From assembly GCA_012295275.1 (NCBI GenBank), contig CM022677.1:12462001-12526000 (forward strand): a stretch of DNA of 64,000 nt, given 5' to 3'. This DNA is from Chrysomallon squamiferum (Eukaryota > Animalia > Mollusca). Of the stretch, positions 27,405-40,996 are shown piece by piece. The notes below the pieces were generated by a model. The model had not been told where the DNA came from. It saw nothing but the letters and a program-made list of their open reading frames with translations, and searched no databases. The stretch's first letter is position 1, and each line of letters starts with the position of its first letter. The translations under genes and the position numbers were made by a program.

Positions 27405-30400
27405 AGATTGCGCATATATATTTTCCTCCTATATTTTTCGGTGATAACATTAAAATGAACCCTTGCTTTTAGAATTAATGTTTGGTCTTTATTCAGAAAC
27501 CTGAAAAACGCCTTCAGCTAAACTCACGGCTGTTTTTACGACGAAACTGAGATTGAGAGAAATTGTTTAACGTTTGTTATGAATTCACCAGTCTTCTGAT
27601 CAAAAACTATTCTGGGCCTCAGAAAAAGGAAATATTTTATTATAACCTATATTAACGTTGTTTTTTGATAATTTCATATTTTGAATAATTTTGTAAAGTT
27701 AACGTAAGATAGAAGCTTAATATCTCCGCTTCACATCTAAATATGAATATCCTCTTGAGACATTTATATTAATATTAAAAGTATGCTGATGTTCATAAAA
27801 TTTTATTTTTTATTATTGTACAATTAGTGTACAGTTGTCAAAAAAATAAAAAATAAATAAATAAATATTTTTTAGGTACACAAGTCAATATACTAATAGT
27901 AACAGTGAAGCTGTAATATTAACCAGTACATTGAAAAATACATCTCTATTTTATTTTATTTTTTATTTTTCAAGATTAATGTCCTTATCGTATACTGAAC
28001 AATTATGGTCTTTAATATTAAGTTATTTTATTAATAATAATAAGACTATACAGAAACGCGTGAAGTGCTAGATGAATACTGTATTTATTATTGTATTGAT
28101 ATTACTGAAAATTAACTATTCAAATTTATCAAATTATGTAATTAAGAATATATCAGATTATTTCTTTTTTAAACACTGAGAGAAGTAAGTTAATCTAGAA
28201 TGAAATTCCATGTTTATTCAATAATATAACTGATAATCTCTAATTAATGTAATTTAAATTTCTCATAAATAATTTCTCATAATTAATTTCTCATAAATGC
28301 GTCTTATTTTGTTATCGATGGGTAACATTATCAGTGAAAACAGCGATATTCTTTAGTTAACTCTGGTTTTGTAAAAGTTCACGATTTTTCATGTAATTTA
28401 TATTATAAATAAATCAATTTATTATTATTATTATCCTTATTATATATTTTTTTTAAAAGAAGTATTTAGTTTTTAGACATATATAGGAAGCTTGCGTTTT
28501 TATAGGAAGAAAAAAAGAGAAGATATTACGGTGTTATTATTGTTGTTGTTGTTGTTATTTAGCTGTTGACAAAGAGAGGACTGTGACAAACATGGTGTCT
28601 GCTTCACTGACTCATTGTTAATTACTGGTGGAGTGGTTATACTAATATCTAATGTAGTAAGAGAACTTCAGGTATAATAAGAAATGTAAATTATACTACA
28701 CTATACAACTTGCGCTCAAGTACACCTTTTAATGAATGTAATGAAAAAATTAAATTTCGCATAATAAAATAACCTGTTAACCTCATTTGTTCTCAGCTAA
28801 TCAGTACACACTATCGTGATTCCAGGGAATTAACTGATATTTTTCAATATAACCTGATATAAATATATGATAATAAATAAAATATGAGATTAACATTTCT
28901 AAACATACTTAACCTACAAACTGTAAATATCACTGCTCATAATTAATTCTCATCTTTTTCTTTTTGTAAGTAATTAAACCGCTTATTTTCATAACGCCAT
29001 GTATAATTATTATTTAATATAACTGTCAGTAATGTCTAATATTGGTTATCAATATTTTCTGTAGTGTACATAATATTCCACGTACAGTAAAATTACACCT
29101 TTCTATTATATGACTTCGAATTAGCAAAGTAAAATATTACGTTACTTCTACTAAAACTGATACTTCCAAGCGGTATCAGAATTTAGTTTCACAATGTTCT
29201 CGATATATTTTTGACGTCACATACAAACTACTGTTATTTAAAAAAATTACAACTCGTAAGTTCCATCTATATTTCTGAATGTTCACAGTGAAATCATACC
29301 TGTAATTGTCAGTGTTTTGTCGTATAACTAACTGAATATCATCTCATTCACGAAAGATAGTTGAGAAATTTAGAAATAAAGAGGCCTTCCAAATTCCTAA
29401 TTTCTCTGTTACTAACAAAATCAGGATTAGTTTTTAGTTGCACCTCAAATGGTATTGATAATTAAATATTGATCTTCTTTTAGTAGACAGGTGTGTATTG
29501 AAAAGCTGAGGTTTCTCTGTTAAATATTAGCAAATAATTAATTATATATGAAGTGATATTCATCTTGATACTTTTAGTTGAGAAGTATAGTGAATATTCA
29601 GGAATAAAATATCGCAACCAATAAAAATGTTAATTCATTAGCAACTGTGATATTAATGTGATATTTCTCAACGTAATTTATGTTGTGTTTACTATATCAT
29701 GTCAGAATAATTATTTACTCAGCAAAAGTAACGTAGTGTTTTTGTTAAGACATATCTAAAATCGAAAAAACTCTCTCAGTTGAAGTATATCAAATTTGCT
29801 TAATAAAAGTTAATCAAATTTAAATGGAAGTTTTATTTGATTAATCTAAAATTCATCAACATTTTGATGTTTATTAAACTAATTTTATTAGGTATATATT
29901 TTTTTCACAGGCATTATTAAAATTAGAACATTTTTTTATTACCATTGATTTATATAGGTTTCATCGGAAATTATATATATATATATACTTTTTTTTATTA
30001 TAGCACAAAATATATCTATCTATCCGTTGAACAAAAATGCATCAAATCATCACCGATTCCTTTCCATTCACCCGACATGTCCGTCAGTTTACAGCTAAAT
30101 GTAATTCATCCTGGTCTGTGTATCTGTGTGTGTCTCTGTGTTTGATGAACATCAATCTTACATTTCAGCACCTTCTTTTGTACAGCATAAAAAATTAAAA
30201 ATGAATTTCAATACCCATCCCCAGCACGATTTGTAGACGTAAGAGATTATTATAAAGAGACGGACAGGACGTCTCTCGGTGGCCTTGAACAACGTAGACC
30301 TTCCCGTTGTAACTAAACATAGATTACTGGTGACAAATGAAAACAGCTACTGAAATAATTCAGTTAAAATTAACTGATCATTTTTCATTTCTAGACTGTT

Positions 30401-31976
30401 CATGTTATAGCATGGTGAATTACAAATTTTCCTGCATTAAAAATAAAAAATTAAACATAAGAAATATTGGAAGGTGTTCACTTCCAAGACAAAATAAAAA
30501 CTAAAAGGTTAACATCCTCATAAAAATGTTTTAGACAGTCTACATGATTTATTTTAATAATTAATATAATAATAATAGTAGTAATAATAATATAATAATA
30601 CTAATAATAATGATGATGATGATGATGATGATAAATAACTACATTAATTAATTAATAATGTTCATCTATATTGCCTATATTACTACTAGTATATATATAT
30701 ATATAAAATTAAAAAATTGCACTTTTGCGAAGGGGGACAACTGTAACAGAACTTTCGATACAACATCATTCAATGATGCGAACTTTTTGATAGAAAAAAA
30801 AGCAGATTTAATAACGATATTGTTATATTTGGCGACATACATTCTTGTTTATACAAAATATGATGGTGTAGCAGCCAGTGCGGTACTGTTTTTGTAAAAT
30901 AATGTTTTGAGAGGTTACACTTTTATTTACAGATAAAAAAATGAAAAGAAAAGAAAAAAGGATACTATGTAAACAGTTTTTGAAATGTTTCAAAAACATT
31001 TATAAATGCATTGTTCTAGAAGTTTATTTCTGTACAATCCCGAATGCTTCTGTTTTCAATTTTAAAAAGTTTTATGCAGATGAATAAATGTTTAGTGAAA
31101 AACAGTGGAAAACTAGCGAATTGGACTTAAATTCGAATGAAATTAGAAAATGATTATTTTTGACAATAAAATTCTTAAACCAACGCGTTTTGTAATTCTA
31201 AGTATATGCATAAACACAACAAAAAACAATCACATATATAAATAATGTGTGTGTGTGGATATTTTAATGTAGATAACAACTGCTGAAATCTCTATGTCTA
31301 TAGCCCATTTTGCATTCACTAATTCCCATTCTTTTTCTAAGGCTGATTAAAAATGATGCGGATAATTACGGATCTACTACAGTTCTAAGTTGTCTTGTAA
31401 AGCTTCTTAAATAACAGCTGCAGTAGTATCTCAAAACAAATAATATACTATTTGAAGTACTAGAAGAACTATTGTACTACGTTTTCACATTAAACTGATT
31501 TGACATACAGATATTATGAAAATTGTTTCGTCATTTTTACACTGATGTCAATGGCTCAAAAACGCAATCGTTTTGAAGAAAACTATAGCTTATTTTAATA
31601 GTTTTTTTATCAAAAGAATTTCATTGCTTTACAAGCAACGAAAATTAGGAAATACGGAAAACAATACAAGAAACAATGCAGGTACCTGCTTGTGAACGTG
31701 AAGTGTGATTTATTTATTTTTGGTTTACTTCTTTCATTTTTTTTTTTTTTTTTTTGCTAGATTTTTCTACTTTTTTCTGTTTAACTAATCAAATCTAATC
31801 AAAACTAATCAAATCTATCAATTTATGAACATTAATATAGGCATCGAAATCAGTCTAGCCAGGCACACTCGTTTTTATTTAACATTTCAGCACACCAGAA
31901 GTCGTCCGAAAAGGTGAAATATACCCTTCATTTGATTAGTTTCCACTTTGATACTGATAACAGGTTCAAACATTGA

Positions 31977-32014
<38 letters not shown>

Positions 32015-32307
32015 TTGTTTTAAGAGAAATAAATGTTGTACCATTTTATTGTAGTGTGAACTGTAAGCTTTGTGATTTTATTTGGTGCATAAATATAAAT
32101 AAAAAAAAAGAAGAAGAAAGAAAAAGTAGGGGGAAAAAAAGAACAACACCGTTTATTTTGAAGTTTACGTCAATGATTGGCTAAAAAAAAAAAAAAATAA
32201 TAATAATAATTAAAAAAAAGAACCACATGGAGTATATTTTAATAAAAGTTGTTATGTTCCTTTATTTTATTTATTTAATTTGAACTCTTTTTATTTCTTT
32301 ATTTTAG

Positions 32308-33923
32308 GATTGTATTTTCGGAAAAATGCGGGATGATTGTCGAGACTTGACGGATTTAATTTTTTGTTTGACGTTCGAAGAATCTTCTACAGAATTGGTG
32401 TAATCGCATTATCATGCAACAAAAAAGTTGCTTAAAGTATTTCATTTTATGAAGCAGACAGGTAGTACTATTTATTATTATAGTTGTTAATGAGTTTGGA
32501 TTTTTTGGATTTTATTTAAGTATAATTTAAACATCACAGCCACCTGGTGGTAGCCATCTTACTCGGAAATTTATTTATTTATTATTTATTTTATTGATTT
32601 TAATATTTTTTATCAATTTTTATTTTTTATTTTTTTCTAATGTGAACAGCATAAAGAAGAATTGTTTAGTCTTAATTTTGTTTTACCAATCACTGCAAAT
32701 TTTATGCAGATAATATGACTAATACTACGGCATCCAAAACTATTTACATCTGTATCTACGGATAATGTACCTGGTTGACAATAATTGCTTCAACACACCT
32801 ATATGTATTACAAAATGTTCAACTCATACAGTATAAACCTATGAATGTATAAGGTATTTATTATTATTATTCATTTGCTTTTTCATATCATTACTAATGT
32901 TTATTTATTTTTGATGTTTTCCAGGACAAATTAAAATCATCAGTGGCATGGATATTGCAGAACGTATAAGGAGAAAATGTTCCAAATGAATTTAAAGAAT
33001 GTTTCTATGAAAAATCAGATGCGAGTGAAACATTTTATAAATTTCTCATCCAGCTACACAATCATTGACCAGAACCACACTGTAGAGTGCAAGTGCTGCT
33101 GGAATACTATAATATGATATATCGATGGTTTACATGCAGCATAGACAGGAACAAGAAGGAAAGGGCAGAGCACCACTGAATTCTGCAGTTTTGTGAAAAC
33201 AAGCTGATGTTGGTAAAAACACTTCATCTGCTATGCTGCCTGATGATGTGTGCGTGACTGTGGCAAAGAAAACAACCAGGAAGTTGAGCAGCAGGTGATA
33301 TTTGAGCTTGCTGCTCTGATAATGAAGCTGGATGAGAAGATAAAGAAAAGAGAGAGAAGAAACCAAAGGCTGTAGCTGCAGCAGAACAAGATGAGACTCA
33401 GGAAGGCAGCGTTCATGAGAGTGATGTCTCACCATATTGATAGTTCGAAGGACCGAGCTAGTCCTGTACCTGATTCAGACAACACAATTCCAAGTTGTAA
33501 GTTTTTTATCTTATTTTTATTTCTTAGCAAATAAAATAAGTTTTATAGTAACAACTTTTTACTGATTGTAAAATAGCATAATAATAATCATTTGTTTGCT
33601 ATTGTTTTGTTGATTATTTAAATTATTATCATTATTATCATTATTATCATTATCATTATAATTATTATACAAAATATATCAAAAATATCCCACACCCCTT
33701 TGTGTCTGAATAATCCAGCAACTGATAACAGTAAAATTTAAATAATAACAGAAACATTAGTTATTTATTTTTAACAGTTTATTATTTTTATTATTTTATT
33801 TGTATATTTTTATTTTCAGAATACACATACAGGTCTAATTGATGTTTGCTAGTGAAGTTGTTTCAGTAGAAGGTGCTGTCCAGCACTGAGGATAAAGTTT
33901 GCTGCCACTGGAATTATTCTAAA

Positions 33924-33972
<49 letters not shown>

Positions 33973-34169
33973 AGTCTGTCTATCTGTTTATCAATCTGTC
34001 TTTGTGTGTGTGTTTATGTGTGTGTGTGCGTGTGTATGCAGAAGTCATATATATCTGTTAAGATCTATTCTACCATTGCATCCACTGAATTATGTTTTAT
34101 CTCATCCACAAACAGGTTCAGTTAAATTCTTCACTAACCATTAGAAGGTGATATGAAGCCATCTTTCTG
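32308..34169 (+). pseudogene. CAMSAP: CAMSAP/patronin pseudogene fragment, copy 1
   Basis: 32925 DKLKSSVAWILQNV*GENVPNEFKECFYEKSD (N-terminal region). 33304-33429 ELAALIMKLDEKIKKRERRNQRL*LQQNKMRLRKAAFMRVMS (CC1). LIQTTQFQV|GTAAG at 33496. 33820 NTHTGLIDV..ASEVVSVE. Stops and frameshifts present. Confidence 0.8.
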
Positions 34170-34597
34170 GTAAGCAAGTAATGATAATAATGATAATAAT
34201 AATAATAATAAAAATAATAATAATAGTTTAGTTTCCTCTCTCATTATCCATATCTTTTTATTATCCATATACACACACACACACACACATATTATAAATG
34301 CATATACTTTACAGACATATGATAAAGGTTACCATAATGGGGGACACACACAAGCACACACGTGTAGAAATATTTATTTATTTATTCTTTCTTTTTTATT
34401 TTTTAACATTTTCCTATTAATTTAACATCTACTTTATTATTATTATTTTTTCTATCACTTTTATAATTATTTTCTTAATCAAATACTTACTTAAATTAAC
34501 TCTTTTTATTATTTTTTGTATTTGTTTATGTATAATTGTTCTACTTAAATGTAATCACTATTGTTACTTTTTATATATCTTAATTCATTTATTTTTC

Positions 34598-35212
34598 TGG
34601 AAGAAAGCAGAGTTTGTGTCTCACTGTCAGACTGGAAGAAAGCAGAGTTTGTGTATCTCACTGTCACTGTTCAGACTGGAAGAAAGCAGAGTTTGTGTAT
34701 CTCACTGTTCAGACTGGAAGAAAGCAGAGTTTTTTATTTTAAATCTCACTGTCACTGTTCAGACTGGAAGAAAGCAGAGTTTGTGTATCTCACTGTCACT
34801 GTTCAGACTGGAAGAAAGTAGAGTTTGTGTAGCTCACTGTCAGTGTTCAGGCTGGAAGAAAGCAGAATTTGTGTATCTCACTGTCACTGTTCAGGCTGGA
34901 AGACAGCAGAGTTTGTGTATCTCACTGTCACTATTCAGGCTGGAAGACAGCAGAGTTTGTGTATCTCACTGTCACTATTCAGACTGGAAGAAAGCAGAGT
35001 TTGTGTATCTCACTGTCACTGTTCAGACTGGAAGAAAGCAGAGTTTGTGTATCTCACTGTCACTGTTCAGACTGGAAGAAAGCAGAGTTTGTGTATCTCA
35101 CTGTCACTGTTCAGACTGGAAGAAAGCACAGTTTGTGTATCTCACTGTCAGTATTCAGACTGGAAGAAAGCAGAGTTTGTGTATCTCACTGTCACTGTTC
35201 AGGCTGGAAGCA
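34598..35212. repeat. 44-bp minisatellite, about 14 copies
   Basis: Unit ctcactgtcactgttcagactggaagaaagcagagtttgtgtat. Confidence 0.96.
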
Positions 35213-35421
35213 GAAAATATGCAGAAAGAGAATATGGTAATATATTTGTTGTTGTTTAAGTGTTTGTGTGTCTAGAGGTGTATGTTTGTGTTTGTAGGAT
35301 GTAAAATGTTATTTCATAATCTCTGTACTTTTAATTATTATTTAAATAAAGTTATTATCTGATAATGTAAAAAATAAAAATTCAAAATGAAATTCAGAAG
35401 AAAATGAATCAACATAAACAC

Positions 35422-35459
<38 letters not shown>

Positions 35460-35607
35460 CAATAAAGTCACTATACAGTTACTTGCAATAACAATTAAGA
35501 CAAAGAAATTTATTATTAAAATGGTTCTGGTTAATTCTGGTTAATAAACAATAGTAAATTAATTACCGATAATGTTCCAACTGTATAGTGACTTTATTGT
35601 CACCCTG
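35422..35607. mobile_element. Tc1/mariner-type MITE
   Basis: Right TIR aactgtatagtgactttattgtcaccctg followed by TA. Left arm gtggcaataaagtcactatacagtt, with its outer end inside (GT)n. Confidence 0.75.
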
Positions 35608-36076
35608 TATATATAAATATAAAATATTAAAGTATCACATTAACAGTAAAATTTAATTAACAATAATATTTATAAAAAATATAATTTTTCTGCTCCCAGT
35701 ATAGGATTAATTGAGTGTTATCTGGATATTGGGACTGATGAAAAGGATGGCTATAAAGGAGATTTGGATAATGTAAGTTGATGTTGTACATTCATACCTT
35801 TCGAATAAACTTCTAACAATACCTCATTTAATGACAAACATAATAAACTGTAAAATATTAATATGAACAAAATAAATTGTTTTATAAAAAGAGATTAATT
35901 AAAATAAGCATCGGTTCATTGTTAATAAAAGGTGTTTTTTTAATTGACATACAGTGCAGTCATGTTAAACAGTAATAATTGAATTGTATTGTTACACTGG
36001 CCATTGCTTTATCTCTTCCATTTATCAACTGAATTAAGTTAACAGTAAAATTAACTATTTTAATTTATTACAACAG

Positions 36077-36112
<36 letters not shown>

Positions 36113-37839
36113 GTTTTATTTTTACAGGTTCAAGTTTACCACTGTGACCCAACCAAACCTGTTTTATAAAACATAAACATTATTAATAGAACAAATATTT
36201 TACATCAGTATTTTAAGATAAAAGTAATTTCAAAACAAAACACACACACATAAAATCACATACTTCATTAGTTATAGATAAAAGTTATCTATTCTAGATA
36301 AAACTCATGGATTGAGTTCAACATAATATTTTGTTTAAAGTAGTTACAAATAAATAAACATATGTACACAATTTTTTATTGAAAACAATTATAAATTTAG
36401 ATTGTTTTGAATTACAGAATGAATGAAAAATAAATTGTGTTTTTCCTTAATTGTCACAAACTGTTGATGCTAATTGTGATGATAAATATTTTGTTTAAAT
36501 AATTTAAATATGTTTAAATATTTTTATTTTTATCTTTTATCTTTTTTCATTATTGATCAGTTAGAAAATCATTTTCTTTTAACAACTGTCATTTTGAGAA
36601 CACTGTCTTTCAAAGTAGTATTATTATAGCTTTTTTTATTTTACTTGAAAAGTATATAAACACTTGAATTACCTTAATATACAAATTTATATGCAATAAT
36701 AACTATTATAAAATTCTCTTTTATTATGTGCTTATATAATTACCATTTTATATTTAGATACATATATAAATATGTAACTTTTTAAATAAATCTATTGTGG
36801 AAACATATTCTTGCTGCTTTTATTATTTGTATATGTGAGACATCAATAGTTCAAAATCAGTTTTTAGTAATTATGACGCCCATTCTAGAATTAGTAATAT
36901 AAGATTAAATTATTTCCTGTATATAGGAAGGTTCTTGTAAAAGATCTATTGATGCTATGGCAATTTTGGAATTACTAAATATTTTGTTCTTATTCAGTGT
37001 GTGTGTCAGTGACTTTGTACATGTGCATGTGTGTGCCTGTGTGTGTGTGTGTGTGCAAATGTGTTTATAAATTTTAATTTTAATATCAATCTATAAAAAA
37101 AAAGTAATGAAAATGAAGTGGAGAAAACCACTGACATCACTAATTGAAGTATTAATTTGAATCAACAAAATATATTTTGCATAACAGCTCCCACAGGGAA
37201 AAACAGATAATGATCCAGTTACGGCAATAGCAGTAAACTATACAGAGATTTGTCTGTTTGAGTACATAAGTGTCTGTGTACATGTGCTGATATCTGTATG
37301 TTGTCTGTGTATAGTGTCTGTCCATGTCATTGCAACATACAGATATCAGCACATACACAGACACTTATGTACTCAGACAAAACAAGAATACCACTCTGTA
37401 GTGTTTACTGCTATATATAAGCTGTGAATGCTTATCTCTGTGCATGTGTTGTGTCTATATGTGTTGTATTTGTTTAGTGTATGTCGATGTATATGCATAT
37501 ACCTTTGTGAATGTGTAGTTTCTGTGTGCATGTGTTGAGTATGTCTACATGTATATCTACATTTTTGGTGGCTTGCATGCATTGTGGCTATGTATTGTTT
37601 ATGTCTACATATATTGTGTATGTGTGAAGTTTTGTGCTAACTATGCATGTGTTGCATCTGTATGTTATGTTGTGTATGTGTGAATGTTTTGTGTTGTCTG
37701 AGTGTTGTGTTGTCTGTAGGTATGTGTTGTGCGTATATATGTATGCAAGCAAGTGTTATGTTTCTATGCAGTCTGCTTCTATATGAATGCACCTATATAT
37801 GTGTTTTTGTATCTACTTATATGTATCTACTTATTTTGT

Positions 37840-38815
37840 GTATGTGTTGTATTTGATCATGTGTCATGTGTTTCTATGTATGTGTATTTTTTTCATGTTT
37901 GTCCGTGTATGTGTTGTATTTGATCATGTGTCGTGTGTTTCTATGTACATGTGTATTTATTTCATGTTTGTGTATGTGTTGTCTTTGATCATGTGTCATG
38001 TGTTTCTATGTACATGTGTATTTGTTTCATGTTTGTGTATGTGTTGTATTTGATCATGGGTCATGTGTTTCTATGTACATGTGTATTTGTTTCATGTTTG
38101 TGTATGTGTTGTATTTGATCATGTGTCATGTGTTTCTACATGTGTATTTGTTTCATGTTTGTGTATGTGTTGTATTTGACCATGCGTCATGTGTTTCTGT
38201 GTACGTGTGTATTTGTTTCATGTTTGTGTATGTATTGTATTTGTGTATTTGATCAAGGGTCGTGTGTTTCTGTGTACATGTGTATTTGTTTTATGTGTGT
38301 CAGTGTGTATGTGTTGTATTTGATCATGTGTCATGTGTTTCTATGTACATGTGTATTTATTTCATGTTTGTGTATGTGTTGTCTTTGATCATGTGTCATG
38401 TGTTTCTATGTACATGTGTATTTGTTTCATGTTTGTGTATGTGTTGTATTTGATCATGGGTCATGTGTTTCTATGTACATGTGTATTTGTTTCATGTTTG
38501 TGTATGTGTTGTATTTGATCATGTGTCATGTGTTTCTACATACGTGTATTTGTTTCATGTTTGTGTATGTGTTGTATTTGACCATGCGTCATGTGTTTCT
38601 GTGTACGTGTGTATTTGTTTCATGTTTGTGTATGTATTGTATTTGTGTATTTGATCAAGGGTCGTGTGTTTCTGTGTACATGTGTATTTGTTTTATGTGT
38701 GTCAGTGTGTATGTGTTGTATTTGATCATGTGTCATGTATTTCTATGTACATGTGTATTTGTTTCATGTTTGTCCGTGTATGTGTTGTATTTGATCATGT
38801 GTCATGTGTTTCTTT
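37840..38815. repeat. 65-bp GT-rich minisatellite with ~400-bp higher-order repeat
   Basis: Unit gtgtatgtgttgtatttgatcatgtgtcatgtgtttctatgtacatgtgtatttgtttcatgttt. Variant units recur 400-402 bp apart. Confidence 0.93.
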
Positions 38816-39649
38816 ATGTGTTTTCATGCAGTTCTGTGGTTTATATAAATGTGTATATTTTGTCTATGTGTATGCATGTAATGTAATGAAAAAGCAGGTG
38901 ATGTGTAAATGAATGTTATTTCTCTCTCATCTGACAGATGTTGTGTGTGCATGCAAGTGTTTCAGAGAATGTAGTATTTGTGAGAAGTCTTGTGGTGTCA
39001 GTGATGTGAAGTCAGGTTTTTGGGGTAGTGATACTAGTGACAGGTATAATAGTTTAGTATTTCTGAAGTAACTGGCAGATCAGTGGTATTGCTGAAATAA
39101 CAGTGGAGATTAGCAGTAATAGTGGTAATCTTGCTCAAGTAACAGTGACAGATAAGACGACGGTAACGACGGTAACGACGGCTGCATTCACAGCAATATT
39201 AACAATATATTTTAGTACAGGAGGGGCACGATCAGAAAAGAAGAATAACAGCGAATAAAATAGGATGTGGACATTATTGCAACACTTAATAAAAGGCAAA
39301 AGAATATTTTTTATTTTTTCAGACAATGTTTTCAGACGTATATCAAAGATTGGTAAATTCGTGGACAGTAATAAGCAACTTATTGTTGTGTGAGTTCTAA
39401 GCTTTGTGAATTTATTTGGTGCATTAATAAAAATAATAAGAAGGAAGAAAATGTAGGGGGAAAAATAGCAACACCGTTTATTTGAAGCTTACGGTCAACG
39501 ATTGGCTAATATTACGATAAACAAAAATAATAATAAATAAATAAATAAAAGAAGAACCACATCGATTTATAATTAGCACGTATTTTTAATAAAGGTTGTT
39601 ATGCTGCTTTATTTTAATTTTTGTTTTTATTTATTTATTTATTTTTTAG

Positions 39650-40964
39650 TCTTGAATATTCGCAAAAATGCGGGATGAGTGTCGATGTTTACGGATTTAC
39701 TTGTTTATTTGATGTTCGAAGACTCTTCAACATAACTGGGGTAATCACATTATCTTGCAACAAAACAGTTGCTTCAAATATTTCATAACGACACTTGATT
39801 AATAATAAAATTCATCAGTGGTTGTACTAACGTGAACAGCATAAACAACGTCATATAAAGAAAAAATCATGTTTAGTCTTTAATTTTGATATATACTATT
39901 TTTGTGTGGCCAGTAATTAAATTTGTTTTAAAATAAATTGACATGTGTAGCACACACCAAAGTAAACATTACACAACATCTATGTGTCAACTGTCAGCTG
40001 TATTTTTTATTATTGAAATAAACTAATAAAGCTATTAAAAGAAAATATGCTAATTTTGTTTGACAGGTTGTTTTCGGTCAGTTTATCTATGATTTATTTT
40101 TTAAAAAGATTCATGTTAAATTCCTGACTTGCTCTATACATTATTAAATATATTTAATTTTTTATTTTGTTTTTATTTTTTTAAATATATTAAAGTTTAT
40201 AATCGGTGGGGCCCTAAATGCTTTCATATTATTTAAGTTAAATACCTCTATAGCTCTATGTTAACATTAAAAACAAATAAAGATGAAAACAAATTTAAGA
40301 AATACTTAACCAGGGTATTTCATATGTAGACACTGTAAAATATTAATAAAATATTTCCTATAATAATATTTAACACTTAGACGCAGACACACACACACAC
40401 ACATACATACACACACACACAAATAATTTGTTATCCTCAGTGATAGCTGTTCTTTGTTTTCCTTCTTTTCTTAATTGTCAATTTTAATTTATTTACATTT
40501 TGTTTTGTTTTGTTGTACTTCCTTGTTTTTTATCTTCTTCTTATTATTACTATTAATTATTATTATTATTATGATTTATTTTTTATTATTATTATTTTTA
40601 TAATCTTTATTATTATTATTCGTTTTATATTTCATATCATTAGTAATATTTGTTAATTTTTGATGTTTTCCAGATCATATGGAGAAAGTATTCCAAATTT
40701 ATTTAAAGAATGTTTCTTGGAAAAATCAGATGTGAGTGAAATATTTTATAAATTTCTCATCCAGCTACACAATCACTGACCAGAACCACTCTGTAGAGTG
40801 CAAGTGCTGCTGGAATACTATAATATGATATATCAATGGTTTACATTCAGCATGGACAGGAACAAGAAGGAATGGTCGGAGCACCAGTGAAGTCTGCATT
40901 CTCATGAAAACAAGCTGATACTAGTAAAAATACTTCATATGCTACGCTGCCAAACAATATAGTT

Positions 40965-40996
<32 letters not shown>

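Noticed and set aside
34561-35275. 219-aa and overlapping Cys/His-rich repeat ORFs
   Set aside because: The 44-bp unit is not a multiple of 3 and is open in several frames, so this is a minisatellite artefact.
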